From assembly GCA_041690695.1 (NCBI GenBank), contig JBEPVZ010000003.1:13633-77632 (forward strand): a stretch of DNA of 64,000 nucleotides, in the 5' to 3' direction. Shown here one piece after another: positions 37,222-46,974 of this stretch. The stretch's first letter is position 1, and each line of letters opens with the position of its first letter. The notes under the pieces were generated by a model that was not told where the DNA came from, searched no databases, and saw nothing but the letters and a program-made list of their open reading frames with translations. Source of the stretch: Candidatus Daviesbacteria bacterium. Lineage in GTDB: Bacteria > Patescibacteriota > Microgenomatia > Daviesbacterales > UBA10151. Position numbers and translations under genes: made by a program.

Positions 37222-39735
37222 ATGCTGACACTGCCTTTTAGATTCTTAAAATTCTATTTCCTTGACGCTGCCCGAACCTGGCTTAGAATGTGGACCAATA
37301 CCATGGCCTTTTTGGAAGAAGATCTGGCTGTTGGTTTAATGCTCAAGTTAATCTTCACCCCCCTTTTTCATGATCGAACGCTGGCTGGCCGATTTTTAAG
37401 TTTTATCTTTCGAGTCACTCGAATTGTCTGGGGGCTTTTTGCTTACTTAGCCGCGACCATCGTCATTTTTGGCTTAACTTTTGTCTGGTTTGCCCATCCT
37501 CTGATTATTATGGGCTGGCCGGAGTATTGGTATGTTAGCTTAGGAATTCTCCTTTTTAGCATCGCTTTATTTATCGATCGAGTGGTTGTTTATCCAAAGC
37601 GACCCCTCCGCCATGCTCAGAATTTAAGTCAGATTTGGGAAACGACCAAGCTTCATAAAAGTGATATTACCTGGGCTAAATTAACTCCGATGTTTGAGGT
37701 TAAGTTGTTGCTAGAGAGCCTCGAGCTAAATCCAACCCAATTTGGAAATTTAGAGATCCCATTTGATGATCAATTAGTTTTACGCGCCACTGAACTAGCC
37801 AGACAATGCAAAGCTCAATACCTAACCGCTGTCTACTTTTGGGTAGCGATGGTTGAGAGAGTTCCCAACCTAGATAACGAACTCTTAAAAGTTAATTTAA
37901 AAATCGATGATTTTCATCAAGCTTTAAACTTTTTTGAACACAAACGAAATACTTGGCGACGAATCTATATTTGGGATGAAGATTTCTCAGTTAGACACTT
38001 AAAAGGAACCAATCGAGGCTGGCTGGCAGCACCGACCCCAGCTTTAGACGCCGCCTCAGTCGATCTAACCAAAGAAGCCGCCCGATTTGGAGTGCCTGAT
38101 TTTATCGGCCGGAAAGAGGTCTTAGATCAAGTTATTAATGTTTTGTCATCAGATGGCAATCATAATTTAGTTTTAGTTGGTCCTGTTGGAACGGGTAAAA
38201 CAGCTTTGGTTAAATATTTGGCCAAGATGATTGTTCAAGGAAATGCTCCAAAATCGATGGCCACCAAGCGACTGGTTTTCCTTGAGCCAGCCCGGTTAAT
38301 GTCTGGCGCCAATAACGAAGGAGAGTTGGCTGAAAAGATTAAAAATGTCTTTGATGAGATTAGTTTTATTGAAGATGTCATTATCTTTATTGATGAGATT
38401 CATACTTTAGGGACTGGTGAGGCTGGGTCAACCTATAACCTATTCTCCTTGCTCGCTCCAGAGCTCGAATCCCAAAATTTTCAGTTTTTAGGTACAACTG
38501 AGCCTGAAAATTACAATCGAACGATTGAAAAAAACGGTTCGTTTGCTCGTATCTTTACCCGAGTTGATATTCCCCCAGCCAGTCCTGAAGAGACGATCGA
38601 GATTCTTCAAAACAGGGCTATTGATATGGAACGTTATCAAAAAACTAAGGTCACATTTTTAGCGATCAAGGAGGTTGTTCATTTAGCTAGCCGGTTTATT
38701 CATGAGCGAGTTTTGCCAGATAGCGCCATTTCAGTTTTGGAAGATTGTCAAACTTTAGTTAAATCTCAAACTGATAAGCAAATTAATCTTAAGCTAGTCC
38801 GCCAAGTTTTAGGCCAGAGAGTCAAAGTTCCAGTTGCCGAAATTAATCCTGATCAAAAGAAACAACTTTTGAATTTAGAAGATCAGATTCATGCTAAGTT
38901 CATCGATCAAGAAGAGGCCGTTAAAGATGTTTCGACAGTCCTCCGCCGAAGTGCGGCCCAACTCCGCGAAACCAATCGGCCAATTGGCTCATTCTTATTC
39001 GTTGGTCCGACTGGTGTTGGAAAAACTGAACTAGCTAAAACCTTATCTGAAGTTTACTTTAAAGGTCGGGATACTTTCGTCCGGTTTGATATGTCAGAGT
39101 ATCAAAATGCTGATTCGGTTAATCGCCTACTTGGCACTGACACAGAGCCAGGTCAACTAACGGAAATTATTTATCATCAACCTTATTGTCTACTGTTACT
39201 CGACGAGTTTGAAAAGGCTCATCCTCAGATTTTAACTCTGTTTTTACAGGTCTTGGACGACGGACGGTTAACCGATGGGGGCGGTAAAACGGTTGATTTT
39301 AGTAATACCATTATTATCGCCACCTCAAATGCGGCTTCGGTTACTATCGCTGAAGGACTTAAGGCCAAAAAACCACTAACTGAGATTAAAGCCACTGTTA
39401 CGGAAGAGCTTTTAAAGATTTATCGTCCAGAGTTAGTCAACCGGTTTGATGAGGTAGTTATCTTTAAACCACTCTCCCCTGAAGATCTTGATAAGGTCGT
39501 AACGATTAAATTGGCTAGTCTTAAAGCTAATCTCAAAGAACAAGGCTACTTGGTTGATTTTGCGCCAGCTTTAGTTGCGGAACTTGGTAAACGAGGCTTT
39601 GATCCGGTCCTAGGTGCCCGACCACTCAGACGATTAATCCAAGACACTTTGGAAGCGAGATTGTCGGTCATGATCTTGGAAGATAAGTTGCCAAAAGGCC
39701 AGCCAACTGAGATCGGGGTAGAAGTTTTAACATGA
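37222..39735 (+). CDS. Clp/Hsp100-family double AAA+ ATPase with N-terminal transmembrane domain
   Basis: Residues ~40-125 form 2-3 hydrophobic helices, followed by a Clp_N-like repeat. AAA1 Walker A LVGPVGTGKTA. AAA2 FVGPTGVGKTELAKTL with Walker B LLLDEFEKAHP. The M-domain is short, and no IGF/LGF ClpP-docking loop was recognised. Confidence 0.8.
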   Translation: MLTLPFRFLKFYFLDAARTWLRMWTNTMAFLEEDLAVGLMLKLIFTPLFHDRTLAGRFLSFIFRVTRIVWGLFAYLAATIVIFGLTFVWFAHPLIIMGWPEYWYVSLGILLFSIALFIDRVVVYPKRPLRHAQNLSQIWETTKLHKSDITWAKLTPMFEVKLLLESLELNPTQFGNLEIPFDDQLVLRATELARQCKAQYLTAVYFWVAMVERVPNLDNELLKVNLKIDDFHQALNFFEHKRNTWRRIYIWDEDFSVRHLKGTNRGWLAAPTPALDAASVDLTKEAARFGVPDFIGRKEVLDQVINVLSSDGNHNLVLVGPVGTGKTALVKYLAKMIVQGNAPKSMATKRLVFLEPARLMSGANNEGELAEKIKNVFDEISFIEDVIIFIDEIHTLGTGEAGSTYNLFSLLAPELESQNFQFLGTTEPENYNRTIEKNGSFARIFTRVDIPPASPEETIEILQNRAIDMERYQKTKVTFLAIKEVVHLASRFIHERVLPDSAISVLEDCQTLVKSQTDKQINLKLVRQVLGQRVKVPVAEINPDQKKQLLNLEDQIHAKFIDQEEAVKDVSTVLRRSAAQLRETNRPIGSFLFVGPTGVGKTELAKTLSEVYFKGRDTFVRFDMSEYQNADSVNRLLGTDTEPGQLTEIIYHQPYCLLLLDEFEKAHPQILTLFLQVLDDGRLTDGGGKTVDFSNTIIIATSNAASVTIAEGLKAKKPLTEIKATVTEELLKIYRPELVNRFDEVVIFKPLSPEDLDKVVTIKLASLKANLKEQGYLVDFAPALVAELGKRGFDPVLGARPLRRLIQDTLEARLSVMILEDKLPKGQPTEIGVEVLT

Positions 39736-40037
39736 TCCTACTTATTCCAATCGGTTTCTGCTTTGGTATTAGTTGGTTTATAGCCACAAATTCTAACGCT
39801 ACAAAGCCGACCAGTTGGTGGAAAGCATTAATAAGATGTTTCATTGTGACATCCCCACTTGCCTTGATTCTAACCTACTTTTTATCTAATATTTGTATCG
39901 ATAGTTGTAGTAACCATCCACTCGATGCGGTAACCAAGATCTTTGGTTTAGTCGTAGGAGTCACTACTTTGCCAATTTATGCTGGCTGGATGGTGGGAGC
40001 GAGAGCGAGAACTAAAACCAAACCTAGCCGACATTAA
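39732..40037 (+). CDS. Small membrane protein (101 aa), translationally coupled to the Clp-like gene
   Basis: ATGA start/stop overlap with the upstream gene. Three hydrophobic segments. Confidence 0.4.
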   Translation: MILLIPIGFCFGISWFIATNSNATKPTSWWKALIRCFIVTSPLALILTYFLSNICIDSCSNHPLDAVTKIFGLVVGVTTLPIYAGWMVGARARTKTKPSRH

Positions 40038-40061
40038 CCAACTTGTGGTATTTTTAGACTA

Positions 40062-41231
40062 ATGCTCAAAAAGCCTAGCTTCAAAACCCCATTAATTGTT
40101 CAAGAAAATCCCAAATTATCAATCTTTGTCGGAGTCTTACTGTTTTTAATCCTGCTCTTCATGGCCTTAATCTTCTTTTTTAAAAACCCTAATCTAGCTT
40201 CTAATTTCTCAAACAATAACTCGACCCCCGTCCAGTTTACCGATGCCCCTAAGGTTCAATTCTTTAATTACAATATCAGCAGTGCTAGCGCAGCCTTAAA
40301 GCCACCTACTCAAGTTAAGTTATATGACTTAAAAACTGATTTTAGTAATAATGAGATTCTAGACTTTGCGAAGAAGCTAGGTTTATCAAGTTATACGCCA
40401 GATAACGGGCCAACAGTAGTCGTTTATAACTATGATGACCCTGCTAATCGGGGCTTAATTCAATTTGATAAAACCACAGGTAGCTTTAGTTACGAATCAT
40501 ATGGAGTTTTAAAACCTTCTATTCAAGCCTCTACCCCTACTCAATCAGCCTTAAACATACTAACGGATCTAAACCTAAATGACTCGACATAGGTCTGTGA
40601 CTACACTTATCAGCGACAAGAAACTACAACTCAAACTTATCTTGAATGACATCATTCATGCGCAAAATTAGGTATGCCATTAACAAGCTTGGCCCAATCT
40701 TTAAATTTAACAGAGGACGAAAAGTTAATCTCAGCTGCACCCGGCAACGTTACAGAAGCGGTCGATGACGACCCGACAATTCAAAACGTCAAACAAAATG
40801 GCTTAGCTCAAGTAGCTAGTAATGGTCGGGCTAGACCAGCTGATTTTAATACTGTCACTGTGGGAGTTAATACCGATGGATCGATTCAAACAATCGTCTC
40901 TAATTTGCGATGGATTACAAGTGCTGACACCTTAGCTTCAAGCCAGTTAATTACTCCCCAAGAAGCACTGACGACATTTAAAAATAACCAGGCCGATATT
41001 GCTATGGTTGTTCCTGAAGGCCGCGGAGTAGTCGATCTGACTAAAGTTTTTCATCATAATACGGCTATTGGCCAAGATGGCAATATTTCTGAATTTCAAT
41101 TGATTTACCTTGAAAAAACCAGCGATACAGCCGAAACTCAATATCTTCCTTACTATTTAATTCGCGGTTACTCGGAGTTAGATTCTGGTTACAATGTTCG
41201 TTTTGCCGAGTTAATCAAAGCTATTAAATAA
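40062..41231 (+). pseudogene. Disrupted paralog of the 45399..46565 gene (frameshift near 40590 plus in-frame TGA near 40650)
   Basis: ORF 40062..40592 matches the N-terminal half of the 388-aa paralog (FDKTTG.FSY.SYG) and ORF 40674..41231 matches the C-terminal half (SRPSDFNTVTVG...YLVYLEK...YYLI.G...SGY.V.F...IK). The gap translates in a shifted frame to VCDYTYQRQETTTQTYLE*HHSCAKLGMPL, aligning to IGCNHSYQQTTLPGVTFVECHRQWDKLGLPL, with TGA at the conserved Cys. Confidence 0.55.
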
Positions 41232-41640
41232 CTATGACAAAACTCGCACTATCACTACCAGGCTTTCAAAATGCGGTCTCAAGTCCTGCTAAAACTCAGT
41301 ATCAGGATCTTGGCTCACTACTTTCAGGTGGTTACTCTATTCTGCTTTTGATTGCTGCCTTTTTAATGGTTTATTGGTTGTCTTGGGGAATCTTTCAATA
41401 CATCTTTGCTGGTGGTGAAAAAGAAAAGTTAGCTCATGCTCGGAAAAGAATTACTTGGGCGATTGTTGGTTTTATCATTATTGTTTTAGCTTTTACGATT
41501 CGTTACTTTGTAGAAGAAGTCTTCCCCCCTCAAAATACATTAACCCAAGTCGATACTCCCCTTAACTATGTCTCAACTGATCTTCAACAACCCCCAACTG
41601 CAGTTCAACAACCTCAAACTGGTGGTACTGGTGGTCAAGC
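41226..41640 (+). repeat. Copy A of a perfect 415-bp direct repeat (copy B at 46560..46974)
   Basis: Identical by direct comparison, from 8 nt upstream of the ATG through codon ~135. Identity ends inside the Gly/Thr-rich linker, where copy A has an extra 21-nt GGTGGQA-type unit. Confidence 0.9.
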
Positions 41641-43237
41641 CGACGGAACAGGCGGCCAAGCTGGTACAAATGGTCAGCAAAATCCCAGCCAACACAGCCC
41701 TATTTTACCAAATGCTCCTGGGGGACCAGCTCAACAGGATCAGATTACAACCAATATTCCTGAAACTTGCCAGCAATATGTTTCAGCTCATGGTTCAGCT
41801 ATAGCCGACATTCAAGGCTATAATCTATCTTTTAATGTTCCTAATTATGGAATATTAAATGTCGCCATGAAAAGTCGAGGTATTTATTTGACTGACGATA
41901 CCCCCGTTACAACGGCACAATCTCAGAGAGAGCAAACTAAAAACGCCTTTTTCCAAGTCATCAAACAACAATATTTAAGAAACTTTGCTTATGATCTGGT
42001 TAAAAGACGGAAAAGAGAAGCTGATCTGGGAGTTGATCCCAAAAATCAGAGTTTTGATATAAATCACAATTTTAATAATACCGATGAGATCAAAACTGAG
42101 TTTAGTAAGTTAGATAATTCGTATAAGTCCACCTTCAATGGTGGTGAACCAGATAGTATTGGTTGTAGCTTTAATCCTGATCCAGGCACTGCTCTATATT
42201 ACCCCGCTCCTTTATATAACTGTACTAAAAATACCCAATTAGATAATGGCATGATTGAGATAATCGCTGATGGAGTTGCCTCAGATTATAAAAACTCGAC
42301 AGTGGCAGAGCGTTACGACTGGGCTAACAAAGTTGAAGATTATAAATTCGGTAATTTAAACTACACCCTTCCTTACTACTTTACTGACTTTATTGCTAAT
42401 CCTTCGAGCACCAATGGTGCATCGTCTGGGGCTGCCAAGGCCTGTTATGTAACTGGATTTGTTCACAACCCGCAATTAGATAATCTAAACCGTCAGGCTA
42501 ACTTTTCTGAGTTTGGTTGCTATGAATTGGCAGTCACAGGGCCTGGCAATTCAGCTATTCCGCTTGAAAACGGCAACTTAAATCAACAAGTTCAAGATTA
42601 TGAGAACTCTGTCGCTTCGCATCAACCTGGTGGGACATCAACAATCAAGGCGACCTTGCCAAACGACGATAAAGCTTTTAAATATGTTGAAGGTGCACCA
42701 GGTCAGACGGTTGATGCAAGTGGTCAAATAATAATTGGGGCGGTCGGCGAACCACTCTATGCACAAGGTACGGGCAATGTTGTTAAAAAGTTATTTCACT
42801 ACGATTACGATACCAGTAAGATTATCTGGAACGACCCAACTAGCTATTATGTTATTCCAAATATTCAAACTGATCCTAATAATCCAAGTTGGAATCCGAT
42901 TATTGATAAAATTGGCCAAGGTTTAGGATTAAACGCGGTCGAGATTACGGCTCTTAAGTTGAGTATGATTCATCACGCTATGTACTTTACTCCCCAGGAA
43001 GCACCTTACCTAAAAATCTCAGTGGTTGATCCTGCTGAAGTCAAGGAAAAAATACCATTAAGTATTGATAGTAGCTATGGTGAGGTTGATCCTAAATCTT
43101 TCCACCGTAATAACTTACTAGTTGAGAAACTAAAAATCGATGACCCCACCTTACATGGTCATGAACCCCAGCTTAAACCTTATCCCGTTTCCCCAACACC
43201 GGTAATTATGTTTGAAACGGGTGTGGCAGTGAGATAA
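41234..43237 (+). CDS. Fusion protein: N-terminal VirB2/TrbC-like (CPR T4SS-pilin-like) two-helix hairpin plus long variable C-terminal ectodomain (667 aa)
   Basis: N-terminal [65 protein letters not shown] has a TM1 / short basic loop / TM2 topology like VirB2/TrbC pilins. It is followed by a GTGGQ-rich linker and a ~500-aa unique region. The first 415 nt are identical to the 46568 gene. Confidence 0.6.
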   Translation: MTKLALSLPGFQNAVSSPAKTQYQDLGSLLSGGYSILLLIAAFLMVYWLSWGIFQYIFAGGEKEKLAHARKRITWAIVGFIIIVLAFTIRYFVEEVFPPQNTLTQVDTPLNYVSTDLQQPPTAVQQPQTGGTGGQADGTGGQAGTNGQQNPSQHSPILPNAPGGPAQQDQITTNIPETCQQYVSAHGSAIADIQGYNLSFNVPNYGILNVAMKSRGIYLTDDTPVTTAQSQREQTKNAFFQVIKQQYLRNFAYDLVKRRKREADLGVDPKNQSFDINHNFNNTDEIKTEFSKLDNSYKSTFNGGEPDSIGCSFNPDPGTALYYPAPLYNCTKNTQLDNGMIEIIADGVASDYKNSTVAERYDWANKVEDYKFGNLNYTLPYYFTDFIANPSSTNGASSGAAKACYVTGFVHNPQLDNLNRQANFSEFGCYELAVTGPGNSAIPLENGNLNQQVQDYENSVASHQPGGTSTIKATLPNDDKAFKYVEGAPGQTVDASGQIIIGAVGEPLYAQGTGNVVKKLFHYDYDTSKIIWNDPTSYYVIPNIQTDPNNPSWNPIIDKIGQGLGLNAVEITALKLSMIHHAMYFTPQEAPYLKISVVDPAEVKEKIPLSIDSSYGEVDPKSFHRNNLLVEKLKIDDPTLHGHEPQLKPYPVSPTPVIMFETGVAVR

Positions 43238-43241
43238 AGTT

Positions 43242-45344
43242 ATGGTCACCAACTCTGCGACAGACCCACTTTCAAAAAATAAGCGTAAATTAAAATTAAT
43301 TTTAATTGGTTTCGGATTACTGGTTATCTTTATACCAATTTCAGCATTCTTAATTAATCATTTTCAAAGGCCATCAACTCCACCTAGCCTAGCCGATTTT
43401 CCACAAATGACCCCATACACTAGTAGTGCCTCGGCCTTTGTAGCTAATCAGTTAATTGTTAAATATAAAGAGGCTTCATCTCCAGCCGAGTTAACGGACA
43501 ACAATGAAAAAGATGCAATTGCCAAGCTCTATGCCGAGCTCGGAGTTTCTTCACAGCTTCAAGCTTATCCTTCAACCGATAACCCAGATCTTAAGGAGTA
43601 CTATCTACTCGAGTTCAAAGCAGGTTCGAGTCTTAGTCTTGCCAAACAGACTCTGTCACAGCTCAAAGAAGTTGAAACCGTCGACCTAAATCCAGTCCTA
43701 AGCTTGCAAGCCACCCAAGTAGCCGGGTTAACTAATGATCTTTACTCTCTATATCAATGGAATTTAGGAAAGATTAATATTGCTCCTGTTTGGAAAGCTG
43801 GTTACCTTGGCTCAGATAAAGTTGGCATAGCAATTTTAGATTCAGGATTAGTTTTTCCTCAAAAGCATCCTGATTTACCCAGCAATATCATTCATGTTAC
43901 AAAACCTGATGACTATAACCAAGCTGCTGAGTTTTATGGAACAGCCCAGAATGACCATGTTCATGGCACTGTTGTAACAGGAATTATTGGTGCGATCAAA
44001 GACAATCATCAAGGTATTAGCGGAGTAAGTCCGATGGTTCAGATATATTCTTATCAAGTTTGTCGAAATGAAGAGTGTGATAGCTTAGCAGCTAGCCAAG
44101 CCCTCGAGTCTATCGCTCAATCCCCTGGCAAGGTTAAAGTAGTCAACTTAAGTTTAGGAGCTCCTAGCCAATCGACACCTTCAGAACCAGTTTGCCCCGA
44201 TTGGGTACAAGGACCAATTAACGATCTAACCAGTAAAGGCATTCTAGTCGTAGCCGGAGTTGGGAATGGTGATTTTACCACTGGTAATCGAGTTGGAATT
44301 GATGCCAAAAACTTTATTCCAGCCTCATGCAAAGGAGTTTTAGGTGTAGCTGCAACTAATGCCAATGACCAAAAAGCTTCATATTCAAATTATGGATCGG
44401 TGGCAAAAATTTCAGCACCGGGAGGTGAGAACGAGGCCAATGGTGCAATTTTATCGACAATTCCATTTGGAGATATTCCTAAGGATGGTCAGCTCGGGCC
44501 TTATGGAAAATATTTCGGCACATCGATGGCTACACCCCAAGTTAGTGCCGTCGCCGCTTTATTGTTTTCAGCCAATCCCGACTTAACTGTCGATAAGATT
44601 AAACAATGTTTAACTGAGGGAGGAGATCCAGTAAGCAACTTAGATCCTAAACAACCAATTGGTCCAAGATTGAACGCCGCTGGAGCTTTTAATACTTGTG
44701 GAATTCAAATCGCAAACACAACCACAGCTGATGCTAAAACAGCAACTCCACCGGTCATCCAACCCGCCCAGCCAAAAACTCCACCTCCTCCCCCGCCACC
44801 GGTCGTTTCAAAAAGTATATTACCCACTCTCCCATCAACCAACACTCCAACTACCCAAACCCCAACGAGTGTTGACTTACCCTCTGCCCTCTTTAAAGAA
44901 GTTAAAGTTGACCCTGAACAAGGCCAACTTAACGCTTTAATTACTGCCAATGTAGCTTTGTCTAATACCCAAACTCATCAGTACAAATTCCACTGGTGTG
45001 CCAATCCAACGGATATCGCGCCTCACCAGATCTGTAACGACATCACTAATTACTTTAACTTTCAAAGAGCTCCATCCGATGGACCGACTCCCAATACCAT
45101 TTTAAATGATCAGATTATTGGTCAATTTAGTCCTTCTTTGATCTGGCAGCCTTCAATTGCAATATCGGACAGAACAACTGGTAATGCTATTTATGGAAAC
45201 TATATTCTTGAAGTTGATGCCTGTAACAAGCAACCTGATGGAACCTGTCAGAACTCCAACAAACAAGATGTTTGTAGCGTTATTCAATACGATGAGTGCG
45301 TTAATTATGATCATTACAATGTCATCTTTCAACTAAACCCCTAA
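43242..45344 (+). CDS. Membrane-anchored subtilisin-like serine protease (peptidase S8) with conserved C-terminal 6-Cys domain
   Basis: N-terminal TM anchor. I9-like propeptide region. Catalytic triad context AILDSG (Asp), HGTVVTG (His), [16 protein letters not shown] (Ser). The C-terminal ~150 aa ([11 protein letters not shown]...DECVNYDH) are shared with the 48777 gene. Confidence 0.8.
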   Translation: MVTNSATDPLSKNKRKLKLILIGFGLLVIFIPISAFLINHFQRPSTPPSLADFPQMTPYTSSASAFVANQLIVKYKEASSPAELTDNNEKDAIAKLYAELGVSSQLQAYPSTDNPDLKEYYLLEFKAGSSLSLAKQTLSQLKEVETVDLNPVLSLQATQVAGLTNDLYSLYQWNLGKINIAPVWKAGYLGSDKVGIAILDSGLVFPQKHPDLPSNIIHVTKPDDYNQAAEFYGTAQNDHVHGTVVTGIIGAIKDNHQGISGVSPMVQIYSYQVCRNEECDSLAASQALESIAQSPGKVKVVNLSLGAPSQSTPSEPVCPDWVQGPINDLTSKGILVVAGVGNGDFTTGNRVGIDAKNFIPASCKGVLGVAATNANDQKASYSNYGSVAKISAPGGENEANGAILSTIPFGDIPKDGQLGPYGKYFGTSMATPQVSAVAALLFSANPDLTVDKIKQCLTEGGDPVSNLDPKQPIGPRLNAAGAFNTCGIQIANTTTADAKTATPPVIQPAQPKTPPPPPPPVVSKSILPTLPSTNTPTTQTPTSVDLPSALFKEVKVDPEQGQLNALITANVALSNTQTHQYKFHWCANPTDIAPHQICNDITNYFNFQRAPSDGPTPNTILNDQIIGQFSPSLIWQPSIAISDRTTGNAIYGNYILEVDACNKQPDGTCQNSNKQDVCSVIQYDECVNYDHYNVIFQLNP

Positions 45345-45398
45345 TAAAAACGAGTCTTTATCCTTGCCTGAAAGTCGATTAGGTGGTAAGTTTAGTAT

Positions 45399-46565
45399 GT
45401 GCTAAAAACTGTTCAAGACTGGGCTCGGGCTAATAAGTTATTATTCAGTTTAAGCGCAGGTGGGCTTATTTTAATTCTGATTCTGGGAATAGTCACTCTT
45501 GTTTTGAAACTTAATCAGTCTCACACCACTCCCACTTCTACTAAATCATCATCACAATCAACTAGTCTGCCGACCTATCCCGCTCCAGCTGTGAAATTTA
45601 ATAGCTACCAGATCAGTGATGCCGCTAAAGCTTTGAAAGTGCCTGATCAAGTTAAACAATACCTCTTAAGAGCCCATTTTTCAGACTCAGACGTTAAAGC
45701 TTTTAGCAGAGCTTTTGGTTTAAATGACTATTACCTGGATGAATCTGGCCAAGCAGTCGCCTCAAACGTTAGTGATGTTAATAACCAAGGCTTAATGAAT
45801 TTTGATAAAACGACCGGCTTTTTTAGCTATCGATCTTACGGTTTAATTCAACCATCGGCTTCGTCTTCAGGCACAATTAATGCAGCGGTCAGTTATTTGA
45901 GCGATGTTGGATTGACTGATCCGACGATTGGTTGCAACCATAGCTACCAACAAACCACTCTTCCAGGCGTAACTTTCGTTGAATGTCATCGTCAGTGGGA
46001 CAAGCTCGGCTTACCACTGGTGAACTTACCAGGCGTTCTCAATATTCCTGAAAATCAAACTTTTACCGCTACTCGACCAGGCGATGTCGCTGAATTCTCA
46101 CTCCTTGACCCCTCTATCGCTAGCGTTAGTGCTTATGGAGTCTTAAAACCAACGGACAATGGTAAATCTCGGCCCTCAGATTTTAATACTGTCACAGTTG
46201 GGCTTTGGGGTGGAACTAATATTTATAGTTTATCTTCAAATCTGCGAACGATTATCTCCTCATCAGTTGTGACAAACTTATTAACTCCCGATGAAGCTCT
46301 CCAAGCTTTTAAAGATCAAAAAGCCGAGGTTTCTTTAACCCTGCCGACCGGTCAAGGCTCGTTTGACTTTGCTAAAGCTTATCCTAATAACCAGGCCCTA
46401 GCCCAAACAGCCACCATTAATAAACTCTATCTCGTTTACCTTGAAAAACCCCATGACCAGGCTCAAACTGACTACTCACCCTATTATTTAATTCAAGGCA
46501 CCGCCAATTTAAGCAGCGGTTATACAGTCAAATTTGTTCAAGTGCTATCAGCCATTAAAAAATAA
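45399..46565 (+). CDS. TM-anchored protein of unknown function (388 aa), intact paralog of pseudogene 40062..41231
   Basis: N-terminal TM helix LLFSLSAGGLILILILGIVTLVL. Conserved blocks FDKTTGFFSYRSYG, SRPSDFNTVTVG, YLVYLEKPHDQAQTDYSPYYLIQG. No known domain recognised. Confidence 0.5.
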   Translation: MLKTVQDWARANKLLFSLSAGGLILILILGIVTLVLKLNQSHTTPTSTKSSSQSTSLPTYPAPAVKFNSYQISDAAKALKVPDQVKQYLLRAHFSDSDVKAFSRAFGLNDYYLDESGQAVASNVSDVNNQGLMNFDKTTGFFSYRSYGLIQPSASSSGTINAAVSYLSDVGLTDPTIGCNHSYQQTTLPGVTFVECHRQWDKLGLPLVNLPGVLNIPENQTFTATRPGDVAEFSLLDPSIASVSAYGVLKPTDNGKSRPSDFNTVTVGLWGGTNIYSLSSNLRTIISSSVVTNLLTPDEALQAFKDQKAEVSLTLPTGQGSFDFAKAYPNNQALAQTATINKLYLVYLEKPHDQAQTDYSPYYLIQGTANLSSGYTVKFVQVLSAIKK

Positions 46566-46974
46566 CTATGACAAAACTCGCACTATCACTACCAGGCTTT
46601 CAAAATGCGGTCTCAAGTCCTGCTAAAACTCAGTATCAGGATCTTGGCTCACTACTTTCAGGTGGTTACTCTATTCTGCTTTTGATTGCTGCCTTTTTAA
46701 TGGTTTATTGGTTGTCTTGGGGAATCTTTCAATACATCTTTGCTGGTGGTGAAAAAGAAAAGTTAGCTCATGCTCGGAAAAGAATTACTTGGGCGATTGT
46801 TGGTTTTATCATTATTGTTTTAGCTTTTACGATTCGTTACTTTGTAGAAGAAGTCTTCCCCCCTCAAAATACATTAACCCAAGTCGATACTCCCCTTAAC
46901 TATGTCTCAACTGATCTTCAACAACCCCCAACTGCAGTTCAACAACCTCAAACTGGTGGTACTGGTGGTCAAGC
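46560..46974 (+). repeat. Copy B of the perfect 415-bp direct repeat (copy A at 41226..41640)
   Basis: See copy A. Confidence 0.9.

Noticed and set aside
40590-40655. Possibility that TGA is recoded, as in some CPR lineages using code 25, because a TGA aligns with a conserved Cys
   Set aside because: TGA clearly terminates well-defined genes, e.g. 48777..52640 ends CAACAATGA with the next gene's ATG overlapping. The same locus also carries a frameshift, so a pseudogene is the simpler explanation.
44705-44950. Antisense and embedded small ORFs (e.g. 8196..8417, 9972..10166, 11243..11640, 13457..13708, 25583..25850, 44117..44950, 49675..50184, 54922..55500, 61211..61994)
   Set aside because: They overlap longer, motif-supported genes on the opposite strand or in another frame. 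Low-complexity translations, with no start/RBS context.
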